Source of the DNA: Ptychomitrium polyphyllum
Lineage: Eukaryota
Assembly (NCBI GenBank): GCA_973851085.1
Contig: OZ316775.1
Location: 14,508,001-14,572,000, forward strand
Length of the DNA: 64,000 nucleotides
Direction: 5' to 3'
The position numbers were made by a program, and so were the translations under genes. Positions within the stretch are counted from its first letter, which is position 1; every line of letters begins with the position of its first letter. Below are positions 24,402-39,113 of the stretch, one piece after another. The notes beneath the pieces were generated by a model that was not told the DNA's origin, did no database searches, and saw only the letters and a list, made by a program, of their open reading frames with translations.

Positions 24402-27400
24402 ACGTGGTGATGGGTGTAGTATATATCTATGGTACACCAATGCACTGAACCAATAAAATACTCCTAGATGATGGATACTCCGTATGGCTGACTCTTCATG
24501 TTCACCACTGTGAACGTTCGAAGTTCAAAGCTAGCCTGTCAAGAGTTCCAACAAATAAGGCTCTTACGAGGACTCTCCAGTTTCCTCCTTCCAAGAAACT
24601 CATAAACATGCTTTCTCTGTTGGGCTTGTTTAGAACATGTACATTCTCTACAGCCGAAATACGTTTCGTAGACTGTGTCAATCAGATTCTGCAGTTCGGT
24701 GCAATCTGTGCAAGATTTGATTACTTTGCTTGTGGGGCAAGCTACACGATTCACCTACTTTGCCTAGCCACTAGCATCAAAAAGATTGGTTATTACTAAG
24801 GACATGCTCAATAACCACACTTAAAATGGGTGAGAAAGTGGTGGTAATGTGGTCGAGACCATTAATCTTATGATGTAGTGGTAATGGAAAAAGATAAATT
24901 TATATTAGGTTTCTGAAACATAACCATGTAACTGGCATACACTTGCTACGTGGCAGTTTGAATGGGATTCAGATGATTGTCTATACATTAAATGGTGGTT
25001 ATTTATTGATTCTTTTGTTGATTAGTATGGTAATTTATTGGTGGTTTTGCAAGAACACCCTTTGAAATTAATAAGTAATTTAGTTTTCATCCAAAAACTT
25101 ACTATGAATCTACTTGCATTTGGTACTAAACTTTATAATATATAAACAAAAAAGAAAGACATACAACAAGTTTCTACATAACCAATAAATATGTGCAATT
25201 TTTAATATGGTGAAATAGTATTAAATGAAACTTTTTTCTCTCACTAAATCCTTTTTCTATGCCCAAATGGCACAAAAAAAACTATTGTACAACTTCTTTC
25301 TTAAAATCACATGAAATTTTTTTTAAAAAGTTTTCAACATGAGATTGTAAAATAAACTTTTAATTAGGCTTGTTGAGCATCTTACTACATTTTATTTGTA
25401 GTATTAATTTTGATTCAATAACAAATAAAAAATAAAACATAATTACAAAATAATATTAATTTGCCAATGGGATTTTCATTATTTCAAAAGAACTCATTAA
25501 TATTATTATTTTAACAAACATTATTTAAATTCATAGTATTTTTTTATTATCTAGATATTCCTAAATATTCACCAATATTTACATATAAATGGCGTTATAA
25601 AAAAATATCACCTCAAAGATATCATATTTAACAATTGATTTATACCAACTGTAGATAATTTAAACCAAAAATTGTAATTTGGTAGATCTCCATAGTATAT
25701 ATATAAATTAGCCTTTTAAGATTCTATTGATATTTTCTCATCATGTTTATTGAAAAATAAATAAAAACAAATGATAATAGCCTCAAATAGATAGAAAACT
25801 TAGTTTCTTAAGATAAAAGTGATTTTTATTACGTTTGTAATGATATAATGAACAAAAAATTTATAAATTTGACTTCAATTCTAAAAAATTACATTATTCA
25901 TAGTAAAAAAATTTCATTTCTAAAAATGAAGGTAATAAAAATAATAAATATCTATTATAGCATTTGTAATAAATACAAGGTATTTTTTGAATTTGAAGTA
26001 TGATAATAGAAGGTATAATTTAAACAAAATTATTTAATATTTGAATATAAAATTTTGTTAAATAACATTTTAAAATGAATCTAAAAAAAAATACTAAATA
26101 AGGTTTATTTATACCTTTTACACAATCCTTTACTTTGTTGCAACCACTTTTCATCTATTTGTAATACATTTATTCATTTTATTTCTCTTATAAATAACCA
26201 ATTTGCTATAAAAAAATTATGCTTTAAAAGCATTAAATTTGTAGAAATTTTGAAAATAAGAAGTTAAAATTGACACTTATAATAGGCACAAAAGAATTGT
26301 GTAAAGGGTATAAACAAACAAAATATTTATTTAAATGATGTTTCAAAATATTTTGTAAAAAAAAAACTTAAAATTGTGCTAATTATTACATATAATTTGT
26401 AGAATGCATTTGTAATTGTTGTTGCATTTATTTTGAATGCTTTTGGAAATATGTATTCTATTAGTTATTTTTTGATTTACAACATTTGTAAAAATCATAA
26501 TAATTTTTTACATTAGCTTCTTTGTATTCAAAGAAATTGTCTTTAAAAGCTTTTATTTAGTTTGAATTAAATAGTATTTTCTTTGATTAATAATGCTATT
26601 AATGAAACTTCATTAATCACTCTTTTAAAAAATCATAATGGTTGTTTTTACTTAACAATATGTAGTTGTATTTATTCAACAACATAATAAATGAATGAAG
26701 GAATTACATTAATTAAGGAATTTTTAAGAATGAAATTTCCTAACCTTATGTGGACTAGATATTAACTTAAATATTTTAAAATACAATCTAGGTACAAACT
26801 AGATACTTCATAAAGTCATATAATTGAATATAAAATGGAAGAAAATTAAATCTATGCCAATATTAAGAAATCAATGTAAATTGAACTCTATGCATCTTTG
26901 TAAGCTTATCAAATATGTGATACACTTTTAATATTTTTTCTAGTATAAATATATTTGAACCTTGACATAATTTAAAATTGAATAATTATTTTCCAAAACT
27001 TTAACATCTTACAATCTTAACACAATTGGAAAGAGTTGGCTAGAAGAACCAAATTCCTTTATATACTAAACTACTTGCCTACTACATCCTAACCCTATGT
27101 TAAATATCTTTCTTCACATTGTATTCCCTTATTATTGTAATCACAATATAGTGTGTCTTTTGCAAACATAAATAGTATAAATAAGAATGATATTGTTAGT
27201 AAAAGGGTGGTTAGAATGGGGGATGTTTATTTCAAATCCTTTAGTGACATAAACAATACATAAATAATAAGAATGATATTATTGAGGTTAAATAGTACAC
27301 TAAAATATAGTAGTGCATTTGGATTAGATATTGCATTCTAGTGGTGCAAGGTCATGCAGCCAAAGAATGCTATGACATGCTCACAAAAGTGTTTAAAAAT

Positions 27401-27495
27401 GTATAATTTTTATTATATAAACATCCTAAAACGATTAGAAATGTAGGAGGACAATCTATCCTCCAGTAACCAGCCCTGTCAGAGGCCATTCAACC

Positions 27496-27563
27496 CACGT
27501 GGCTCTGCCATGTCACCTGTTTCCCACTGCCCGCCTGGCACCTCCAATCCCCACCAACGTGTC
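27496..27563 (+). promoter_or_regulatory. Paired ABRE/G-box elements upstream of OSCA
   Basis: CACGTGGC at 27496-27503 and ACGTGTC at 27557-27563, at the start of the GC-richer island upstream of the OSCA gene. Confidence 0.5.
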
Positions 27564-28205
27564 GATCTCTCACGCTATCGTCGTCTTCAAAGCAACCACA
27601 ATCTATACAGTCTGAAGAATTAATTTTCCAAACCGACACTCTAAGCCAAACCGCTAATATCCATGAAGTGAATAGATTCCAGGATCAGAAATGTACGCAT
27701 GTATAAGATAAAGCCGGTTTTCCTTACAGGGTCGGTTTTGCGTGTTCATCCTACGGACAATCTAGACAATCTGCACAAACTGCACCGATTCTCAAAATTT
27801 AGTTACTCCTCAACCTCTCGATCATCGCACTTACATACTTGAGTCTAGATATCTAGATCCTCTTCGAAACTCTCATTTTGGCACCGAAGACGGTGCCCTC
27901 ATTCATCTCTCTTCGTCTAGATCCTCTTTAATAACTTGAGCTTTCATGGCAAGTGAAGAGCTGGGTGCAAGCAATCACGCAACCAGTTCGATCACAGCCA
28001 AGTAGTTAATCTAGAATCCATCTCACAGTGCAAGTTCAGTCGTGTTGGAGGATTGGCCGGGTGCTGATGCTCTGGGATTCATGAACTCACTGGAGGTGAA
28101 AGTGAGATCGACTGTTTGTTGTCTGTTTCTGGGTGTTTTGATGGTTGACAGGATGAGATGAGTTTGTGAGGGGAGTTTGTGGTGGTGAATGGGAGGTTGG
28201 TGGAG

Positions 28206-31200
28206 ATGGAGCTTCAGGATATAGCCACTTCGGCGGGGGTGAATATAGGGTTAGCCATTCTATTCTTCGCCTTGTATTCCGTGTTTCGGAAGCAGCGTGG
28301 GAATGCGGGGGTGTACTTTACTCGACACATGCTGCGGGAGCGGCAGCGGATGCATGATACAGGGGATGAGAAGGACACGTTCACCTTGGAGAGCTTGGTA
28401 CCCTCGGCTGGCTGGGTGAAGCGTGCATGGGAGCCCACCGAGGACGATATGCTCAAATCCTCGGGTCTGGACGCTGTCGTCTTTCTCAGGATTTTCAGCT
28501 TTTGGTGAGCTATGTTTTTATCAACCATTTCTTTTTTCGCTGCTTCATTATCAGTACAATCTCTGGTTTTTTTGTTATGGCCAAGGTCAAACTCAATTTG
28601 CATTAAGGTGATGGGGTTTAGAATCGTCATATATGACCGAGTTCTGTTTCTTGTGTGCTGTTGCGCATTCATCAGCATGCGGTTTTTTATGATCTGCACC
28701 GTAGTAGGGTTTGGGATACTGGCACCGCTCAACTTTACAGACACTTACCTAGCTGATAATCCGGGTGAGAAAGAGGAGAACGAGTATGGAACTCTGGAGA
28801 AGCTGACGATCCTCAATATCTCCTATGGATCAATGCGGTACGTTTGCTCAAATAAAATTTTCATCAATTCAGCAGTAGTTCTTGTTATGTGTTACCTGGC
28901 GTCAGTGTCCTCAAGGATTACTATACGTTTGAATTTTTTTTGTTGCCACAAAATCAAGGGTTGTCAAATTAGGTTGCCGAAGAGGGTTCAAGGATGATCT
29001 ACGTTTAGGTTTCCAACATATGCAGCAACTTTTTTCATAGGAGCGCAATGTGCAGGATGCACGTACGCCCAAGTCGTTTACTCATATATTTTTATTTGTT
29101 ACTGTGGTGTGGGCAGGCTGTGGATTCATTTTGCGGTTCTATACTTCATCTCCTTCAGTGCATATGCGTTGTTGTACATTGTAAGAGCTTCCATTTCCCT
29201 CCGAGCTTGTGAACAAGACAATTGCTCCTAGTCATAATTTGCAATCATTTTCATCTTCTTATGGTGTGTTTTCCATGTACAGGAGTTCAAGCATATCGCC
29301 AACTTGCGAATAAACTACCTTGCTAGCGTACTTCCTCAACCCGACCAGTTCACAGTGCTCGTTGAGGCAATACCAGAGCCAGAAAATGAAGAGCTAAGCT
29401 ACAGTGACAATGTGGACTACTTCTTCCGTCGCTTTCATCCCATTGAGTATTTGTCCCACCACATGGTTTACAAGTCCAGCCATGTCACAAGCTTGCTGGT
29501 ATGTCATACACAAGATCAGAAGCATCAACCCGGAGATGGGATTCTGCTTTCAATGGTACAGGAGTTATTTGGTATAACTGGATGGGGCTCAACTGCAAAT
29601 CGAACTAATATAGGATTGTGGTAATTTTGGAACAGAACGAGCTGGAGAGCTTGAAGTTGAAGATTTTCTCGCTGAAGCAAAAGTTACCGAGCCAAAGAGC
29701 GCCTCGCCGAGCAGGTCTTTGTGGGCTCTACGGGCCGCTTGTCGACCCCATAGAGCATCACATTGAGAAACTGGAGGACGTCCATCGCCAAGTCCGGGAA
29801 TGTCAGATGGAGTTTCGACAGAAGGAGAAGGTATACTGTTGTGTAAAATTCTGTCACTTGTACTAGAGTATTCCTGTTTGAAGTTTGATTCGAGCTTTCC
29901 TTGAACCTAATTGAACTTATAAACTAATTAAAATCCCTCTCGTTTGTGTTGTGTAGGAGGTACCAAGCGCATTTGTGACAATGCGGACACGATGGGGTGC
30001 AGCCGTGACAGCCCAGTCGCAGCAATCAACAAACCCGTTGCAGTGGGTGACCCAGTGGGCACCAGAGCCACGTGATATTGATTGGCCCAACATTGAAATT
30101 CCTTACGATCAGCTCTTCATTCGAAGAATCTTGTCGTCGGTATTGGCCATTTCACTCACCTTAATCTACGTTCCAATTACGTCGGCGGTACAAGCTCTCG
30201 GCAGTCTGGATAAATTGGAGAAATTCTTGCCACAGATCATCGTGGACAACATCTTGAAGATGTGCGCCTTCTTCAAACCCCGAATTCTAATTTCTCTTCT
30301 GATCTGTGTTGTCGACTAATGCCAGTGGTTTTCAAGTTCCTGGTTAATTGAATGCGTGGTGGTGCTATTCGTATTGCAGCCCAGCAGTAAGCTCCATCGT
30401 GAAAGGTTACCTTCCTGCGCTTCTGCTGGCAGCGCTTTTGTACGTGGTACCGAGCATCTTCTTCTTCCTGACCCGTGTTGAAGGGCACCCATCTGTGAGC
30501 CACCAGGAGCGGAAGGCAACAACGAAGATGTTCACTCTGCTGGCAGGGAATGTCTTTCTGGTTGGAGTTTTGGGTGGCTCCCTCATCAGCATCAGTCAGA
30601 CCTTCTCGGATGATCCCAAGGGTATCCCAAGGCGTCTAGCCGAAGAAGTGCCGAAACGAGTACGTGTTCTTAGTTAAATATGTGAATATGATCACTGTTT
30701 GTAGTGTTCTTTTAAAATATTAAAATCAAGGATGTGGGATGCGAAATTTTATGTCACGGCACTTGGTTCTTTTTTGCAGGCGAACTTCTTTATCACGTAC
30801 ATCATGACGACAGGATGGGCGGGCATGCCGCTGGAGATTCTGCAGTCCGGCAGTCTGGTCTTGAATTTCCTGAAGCGTTACACGGTGGAGAAGAACAAGC
30901 CACTGCTGGACCAAGTGTTCTCGTTGCCATACTACCGCACCTTGCCTACAGTGCTCTTCTTTGTGTTGCTGGGCCTGGTGTATTCCATCGTCAACCCCCT
31001 TATCCTGCCCTTCCTGCTCATCTATTTCATCTTGGGCTACATTGTCTTCAAAAATCAGGTGAATGCTCATACCTACATAAGATTCGTCAGGAGTTGGAGC
31101 ACCTCATAGGATTAATTATTTTGGTTCAAGCATGGCCTTCATCTTTATTTCAGCAATTTTTGACAAAAGAATTGTAATTTTGAGAGGGTGATCAGAGGAA

Positions 31201-31874
31201 TCCCTGAAGAGTGTTATGTAATCTTTAGTGGTCGTTTCTGCAAATTTCTAATATCAATAGAAACTAATTCTTTTTTTGGCCCCGTGTTTGCAGATTTTGC
31301 ACGTTTACGAGCCTGCATATGAAACTGGCGGGCAATACTGGCCCGAGATACACAGTCGAACTATAGGATGCATAGTGTTCATGCAAGTGTGTTTCATTGG
31401 GTTGTTCTCACTCAAAGGGCTCAGTGCCGCCTCGTTTACTTCCATTCCGCTGCCGTTTCTGACATGGCTCTTTCATGAGCATTGTCGGCAACGGTTTCTC
31501 CCTATTTTCAGAAATTTTAATCTAGAGGTAAGTTAACCTTTCTGCTCTCGGGTTTCAATTTCTCAAATTGCACCCCATAACAGAAGAACTATGTTGGAAG
31601 CTAGACCCAGAGTCAAAGTTTGGGGACGCGCTTCCTACTCTCTGTGTATTGATCTTGCTTTTGAATGCACTATGGATATTGGCAGAGCACAGCGAAGAAG
31701 GATGTGGATGATGAGGAAAACGGGCGAAAAGATGAAATTCTGAACAAGATTCGTGACGCATATCAGCACCCGGCGTTGCGCTATGTCGACCTCAACGTGG
31801 ACCAAAACTCCAAGACTCAGCGCCTCCTTCCAGAGTCATCTTCAGATTATGTTGAACCAGAACTATCGGTGTAG
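28206..31874 (+). CDS. OSCA: OSCA/CSC1 (ERD4/TMEM63 family) osmosensitive Ca2+-permeable channel, 740 aa
   Basis: Ten exons (28206-28504, 28676-28837, 29117-29180, 29283-29498, 29636-29830, 29957-30261, 30380-30659, 30780-31058, 31294-31527, 31686-31874) sum to 2223 nt in frame. Motifs GLDAVVFLRI, QFTVLV, WVTQWAPEPRDIDW, ANFFITYIMTTGW, PLILPFLLIYF and YETGGQYWP. Confidence 0.95.
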
Positions 31875-32569
31875 ATTTACTGTTCCTTGTTTCCCACAAT
31901 CGCAGGAAACTTGAACGGCGTGTTCCTTTTCTTTATTCCTTAGGTTGATAGTGTAAGTTCCCTTCTTCATTATTCAGATCTCAAGATGTTCTTAAATTCA
32001 GTGTTGAATGGATATTGTTTAAGTGTTTCTTCAGGGGGTGCAAAGCACTGAGATTGAAGATAGATGGTGTGTATTTTTATAGCAGGTATTAGTTGTAACA
32101 AGTTTGTCAAATAGTCTCTGAAGCTTGTTCAGCAGGTATATACTTCATTGTACAAAAGAAAAAATTAGTACTGCAATATTCTCGATATTTTTTGGATTAC
32201 TATGAGTAAGGTTTTACTACTTTACTATCTCCATCCATCTATCCACTTCCTTCCAATTTTACACAACAGTATTGAACATATTACCTCGATTTCCAGTTGT
32301 GTTTGGAAACTCTCATGGTAACGTCCATCATAGATTTCATGCATTAATTATAAGAAATATGCTATCAGCAATCTGTTATATAAGCGGTATGTTTATTGAA
32401 GAATCATTTGAAGATATGACTCTTTTCAACTGTCGACTCCATTCGTCCAAAGTATTTACTTTCCGACAAGAATACGAATTCCTCATTGACAAGGTCAAAA
32501 CCGGGTCACTCTAAGAACTAGGAGATCTAAGCTAATGAAACTCTTTCTAATAGAATGTGGCTTGTGGTG

Positions 32570-35500
32570 TCACAAACCGAAGAGAGAAAATATGTATGGA
32601 GCTAATTCTACCACTGCCCATCCTAATGTAGTATATTGAACGAATCTAATACCAGTATCAACATCCATTTCTTCATCAACCTTGTATACCGGCTTCAGCT
32701 CACTATAAAACTTAGGCCTTTCCACACTATCTTCCTGAATCTCTTTCTTCATACATTTCACGTAGGAAGATGAATAGAAACGGAATCCCAGAAGCAAATC
32801 TGCTACGTAGCAAATCCAAGAAAGAACAATAGTTGCCAAATACTTGCTCCCTTCCTTAGCAGCAAATATGATGATCAATCCAAGTGCCGTCCTCATACCA
32901 ACGTGGTTAAGGTTAAGTGACGCAGCTGATAGAGATTCAGAATGATAAAGCAAAAATGTTCGATGTACTCCAGTCACCTGCATGGCATAAACGTAACATC
33001 CTGTAAGTTCAGACATCCTGTGAGTTTAGACATCCTGTGGTATGCTACAGAAATTAATTTCATGAGACTACTCAAAGAAATGCTTTTGACCCAGTTCTTA
33101 CTTGAGCTCTATGCTTGCACTAAAGAAAAAGCTAGTAGAAGTAATAAAAACTTGTGGATGTGAAGTCTCATTATATCAAATTCATGTCGAAAAACACCTA
33201 CTCTGGTTGTTACTCCTAGCTAGCAAAATATGTACAAACCAAGACTTGTCGAAATGAGTATGATGCACTCTGGTTGTAAGCTTACTATGCCCAAAGCGAC
33301 ACCATTGAAAGCCGTGTGATCCTCGAAGGAGGGATTGGGTGACTCTGGAGTTGGATATGCATACAAACCAAGAATGGCAATTGCTACCCAGAATGAAACA
33401 ACTGCACAACACAAACTCAACTTTGTCACTCCATGTCTGCAATTATACATATAATATTCAAGAACCATACTTCAAATGGACATGGCATCATACGAAACAA
33501 ATAAAAATCCTCCCACCTTTCATCAGCAAGGTCTGGCAAATAGTTAGAATCTTGTTGGGAATTACATAAATTGAAAGCTCTATCTCATGGAACCTAGGAC
33601 AAAATGCAAAACACCAGGCCTGAAAGATATATGTTTTGCAAACCAATTTCTTCAACACTTATGACCTACCATTTTCACCACCAGTTATGAAGGCGTCCAA
33701 ATACTCGTCAACATAACACCAACCAAGGAGTAATGAAGATCCGATTGCACATCCAGCTACAATATCTATCGGAGAATGCATTCCTAAATATAATCTTCCT
33801 GTGTCAAAAAAATAGTCATTGTATCAATATAAAGTATCTTTATAAGAAAATGATGCTTATGATCAGTCTCAAAGCCTCGAAAAACATATGCAAATACAGA
33901 AACAGACATATCAGTGTTTCAATCACTGACACAAATCCAAGAAAGACTATAACAGAATACTTAACATGATAATTGTTTAAAATATCATAGTGTTTCCAAT
34001 ATTTGCTTCAAATACTTCACATTCTAGTACATAGTCTAAAAGAACGTGCAACAACTAGGTAAAGAATTTACCGAAAACGACCAAGGATACAACTGTGGTG
34101 AGGAAGACCGTAAGGATATATATAGTCCAAAGTTCTACTTGCTGGCCCATAAGATAATGTAGCACATATCTGGCATATACAGATCATTTTAATCTCAATC
34201 TGAGGCTCTCACGCTTAGGCTCAATTGTTGCAAGTATTAATGAGAAAAACAATACAAACATCGAGAATCTCAAATATCCTTACCACTTTTTAGCTAAGAA
34301 GGAAACACTCTGTGATTGCATACACCTCTAGAAGAACAATATGCAATGCTTATTTTCTTACCCTGCAAAGCAGATTATGTTGATAGTATGAGAAGAAGGC
34401 AGCCCATACTCATCTGAATTTTTTTTCTCAGATTCAGATGAAGCAACTCTGCATACAGGAGATGGTGGTCTTGGTGCGCAGACCAAGTCCTGCACCAAAG
34501 ATTACGTTTTTTTCAAAAAAAAAGAAACATACAGAAGAATTACATTTTTTGCCGAAGAAACTTCCTGTATCTACACATGAGGTGATGTTGTTGAATAAGA
34601 TTGAGTAGCAGAAGATTTATTAAGAAAGACAAACGTTTGGCTACTGCGGCACCCAGAGAAATTTATGTTCAAGCTAGAATTACCCAAGAAACCATGAATA
34701 CAAACGCATACCTTCATTATCCTAAATCATTGAGTGAAAGCGCACCACTGCAACTAGCAGAACACGTCTACAAGTATTACTCATGTATGCAATTAGAATT
34801 TAGTATTTAGTTCAAGGCGTATCAGTTGCACTGCTGCTTACGTAGTACCTTAAATCCGTTGCCAACATAGATGCAGGTTGCCATCAACAGTGTCAATTGT
34901 CTCCCAAGCTTTGCCTGTCCATGCTGCAGAAATACCATAGAGCAGGTATTACTTTGTTCAGTAACTGGAACAAGTATTGCTAAGAAGAGTTACCACTACC
35001 CACCTAATTTTATGATCTGAGTGTAACTGTCGCAAACCACACAGGTTAAGGACGTTCTTAAATTATCAAGCAAGAAAGACAATCAAGTAGATACCCACGT
35101 GGAATTCTATTCTGAATTGTGATCCCAGAGAATGACTTTCATTAGAAGGTATTATAACAATTCTGAAAAGTTTATGGTATTGCTTTTATCACTGAGAAGC
35201 CGGTGAATCAATTCAGTGCCAATAATGTGACATACTAATCGATCATGATGATAGAGCTATATAATATACGTCCCAATCTTATAGTGTACTCTCTTTGTAG
35301 CTAGATTCACTTGAAATTATAGCAAAAATTTCGAGTGAATTATAGTCGGGGATCGAAATCATATGACAAATGTAAGTGCAAGGAACTTTTAAGGTCATCG
35401 CAAAAACGTACCCAGAAAAGCAGAGGCAGCACCAATGAATAAAAAGGCGTAGATACTACAGTCGCGATGGCACCAAAGAAAGAGTCAAGCCAAGGATGTC

Positions 35501-36006
35501 TACATTTCTGCAAAGCATGAATATGAACCAGTTGTCACCCCAAAGAAAACCAGCGCTCAAAATCCTTAACAAATCCGTAGTAATTTGTGCACAATTTGAA
35601 TTCACCTGATTTGAAGAAAGGGTCTCTTTGCAGCAATTACAGGTCCAGGCACTAGTTAAAAGACGGATTTAAGGTGCTCTATACAGCATCAAAACCTCTA
35701 CGGAGATTTGCATCAAGGTTAGAGAAACATTCCTGACCCTTTTGAGCAGAGATGCTCCAGTCTGAAAATTACCTGAATGCCAAGGATCACCAGCACTCCA
35801 CTCTCCACATGTCGAAGCACAAATGGTCGTATTAATGCCCGCAAATGTTGAGTTAAGTCAGTGAGCTGAGCAATAATCAGCCAGAAAAAGATGACACCAA
35901 TCACGATGAGTTGCCAAAGTCGCAAGGACAAGTATTCATCCATGAGCACGTAATGCATGTTTGGAATCACACTAGTCATCGAGCAAATAGGGTTCAGATC
36001 AGCCAT
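32570..36006 (-). CDS. SPP1: Lipid phosphate phosphatase delta / sphingoid long-chain-base-phosphate phosphatase (PAP2 family), 427 aa
   Basis: Eight exons (36006-35773, 35507-35412, 34923-34849, 34489-34362, 34169-34072, 33798-33670, 33401-33286, 32977-32570) sum to 1284 nt. PAP2 motifs KDLVCAPRP, EYGLPSSH and GRLYLGMHSPID, plus YPTPE..PSFEDHTAFNGV and DVDTGIRFVQY. Confidence 0.92.
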
Positions 36007-39004
36007 GCGGCTTCCGTGTTTGCTTTATGGAAAAAATAAATTTTTGCACAGCATTCAACTGCAATGTCGTTCACGCTGCTGAAAGTGTGATCTGTTCAAC
36101 CAGAGAAACAGAGCATTAACTTGAGAAGCAGGTATGACGTTACAGAAGAGGATGTGAGATAATGACCTACAAGTAGTAACGCAATCCAACTTGAGTCTTA
36201 GAAAAAAACTGACTCAGCCAGCGCCGTGAAGAAGAAAACAAAAATAAAATTAAACAGGACATGCATGAATGCTTGTTTTCGATAAAGCATTACAAAAGCT
36301 ACAATCCAGACATTTGGCGTGAGGCCAGAACTCTATCATTATGGAACCTTGGCAAATCTGTCAAAAACTGTCAGCTTTATCAATCAACTCTGTCACGATA
36401 AACTTTGTCAAGCTTAGCACGATAACCTGCCAAGGTTTATTGGGAATTCTTAACATTTCTTGACAACTCTTGAAGATTCTTAGCAATTCACAGAAACGAC
36501 ACAAAAAAATTGTTCCACAATACTCTACTGATATAAGGCTGTAGTGGAGTAGTGAGAGCAGAAGTAGGAATTAGGTGAAGGAGGTGATGAAGCTATGAAA
36601 GAAACTGAGCGAACAAACTAGACAAATATTACTTGAGCTGCGTAAGCTAAAGAACTACTCCTCACTGTATACACCCACCATACACCCGCCATCACGCATC
36701 CACCTCCACATCAGAGGCTGCAAGCAACGACATCGCTGCAACATCCCTAACCAATCCTGGACGGTCAAAACAAACCAATCAACCCTCCGCGACGAACACC
36801 ACCGTCTTACTCTTCCTCTCCTCTCGCTTTCTCACACACCATCGTCCAATACCAAGCAACCCACAAGTCATGACCCAAAGAAACAGAATCTAGAAAACCA
36901 AGAACCTAGACTTCCATACCAACTTACCGTTCGTGCACCAAACAAAATCCAGATGAGGTACCCTAGACCATGAGATGAGCACATGCAGGAAGAGCCAGAC
37001 GCTGCGCTCACATGTGAATCACGTTACATTGCAAGCCTTCGGAGAAGCACGAGCAGCAGCGTGGCTACTTGAGCGGTTGCTGCAACCGCAGCTCCTACCG
37101 AGCTGGTGTCCGTGTGAGCTTCGGAGAGCTTCGTCGATCAGACTTTCTTCGCTGTCGTCGCTGCCTGTACCGCGTGAGTCGTCACTGGCAGGCGAGCAGG
37201 CAGACGTAGATGAATGTCATCCAAAAGGTGTAGCTGCACGTCGGATTCTGACGAATGATTTCTGACGTACAACGGCCGCATTTTGAATATTCGGACATTC
37301 AGATGGAAGTTGGATGAACGTCGCAGGAATGAGTCAACCACCGTTGATCTCATCGGCCACGCTGAGAATCTTGTGGCTTACACTGCAAGAGTGAAGAATT
37401 CTGATATTACTGTGGGTCGATTCACCCATTTTAGAGCTTCCTTTCAGTTTCATGCACAAAAGAAAGTTTATGTGTAGTGTAGAGTGTGCGACCAATTTGA
37501 ATTTACCATGCAAGATTTGTGCACTAAATCAAGTATTTAATAGCATTGGAGATTATAGGATTTATGTTTGATATGTATATTCTAGGGATTTAAATTAGTG
37601 TATATTCACATTATTTTGAACAATGTGCTGCAAAGTGTGAAGAATAAGAAGTTCTTATGGTTCACAATGTTTTGTGTTGTTACATGTTGTCATAGTATTT
37701 TTACAGGAATATTTTATAAACATTTTTTTCAAAAGGATTGTAATACAAAAGGAAGAGCTTAGATTGAAAGTCTGATTTATTGTGGCTAAGATTACTTTCT
37801 ATTTTTCACTTTCATATCTTAAGATTGATTATTATTGAAAATTATTTATTATATATCTATTGAAAGTTTAAAGTGCTTTTATGTTATCTTCATATTTTGA
37901 TTTAGTTTAAAGAAAAAAGCATGTAAACAAAGATTGTTGTTCTATGATAAAAATATAATATAAATTAATTTGGCAATTTGTAAGAAAGGTTTTTAGTGGA
38001 ATTTATCAAAATTACTGATTTTCAAATTATAAGTCTATGGAAATTATTTTAAGAATTATTTCACAATTTTTTGGAAAAATTTACAAAATACTCCTTATAT
38101 CAAAATCAATGAAGGTGCATGTCTTATTGAAAAACCTATTCAATAAAGATTCTTATGCATTAAAAAAATTTAATACATGAAGAATATATCTAATATATGC
38201 CACATCTATTTTATAAATTTTTAAAGTTCCATATTATATTGCAAAGACTTATGTTTCTTTTCCATTTATAATTTCTAATTCCAAAACTAGCCCATAACTT
38301 TGTTTACAAATTTCATATTGTTTAAAAGTTTTTAGCAAATAAAAGTTAGAAATTCAAAAAAATGTATTTTAAGATATGAAGTAGTTTGCAGTTTTTATTA
38401 CTTCAATCTTTAGAAAATTAAACTTGGTAACAATAAAATCCACATTTAGTCTTTATGGACATTAACCTTATAAGTTTGCAATATCACATTTAGATTCATG
38501 ATTCAAATATAAATTCAAAAGAAGTATTAATAGAATGATAAAAACCTCCCATCAAATTGAGATCCACTTAGTGCATTTAAAGATTGTATTTGAAAGTGTA
38601 TTATGAATTTATTTAAATCTTGTTCTCAATAATTAATATAAGCACATTTCAAACTTACTATTTAGCTTCCACCAGTTGTAATATTAATATCATTCTTTAA
38701 CTTTTAAGAAATGATCATGTACCATGGTCATTGTTTACTCATTGACTTGATTTTAATTCACTAAATTAGGAAGTATGTATTCTCTTTCTTTAATATGACA
38801 TGTTTGGAAAATAAAAAAATCGAGTTATATTTTAAATGTCACATTTTTGATAATATAATATTTAGAACATTGATATTGTATTATTGAGGTTTTCAAAATT
38901 TGACCAAAGTAAATATAGAAACACATTTCAATGGTTATAGAATATTAAAAATACACTTTATGTCTACCAAGATTTGCAATACTAAGCCTATTAATGACAA
39001 ATAA

Positions 39005-39113
39005 CCCTAGCCACAATACAAGCCCTAGCTACTATTCAAATCCTAGCCGCCATCTTCAAATTTAATTCTAGCCGCCATCTTCAAATTTAATTCTAGCCGC
39101 CGTCTTCAAATTT
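39005..39113. repeat. Short tandem array: 25-bp unit CTAGCCGCCATCTTCAAATTTAATT x3, preceded by 18-bp CCCTAGC units
   Basis: Units at 39043, 39068 and 39093. The CCCTAGCC core resembles the repeats inside the Copia LTRs (~2860-2900, ~7700-7750). Confidence 0.75.

Noticed and set aside
24539..24754. Receptor-kinase fragment (QRKHVYEFL)
   Set aside because: A single short resemblance with no other kinase subdomains.
37201..37270. C/D-box snoRNA
   Set aside because: The box C is not RTGATGA, and the region is the SPP1 promoter.
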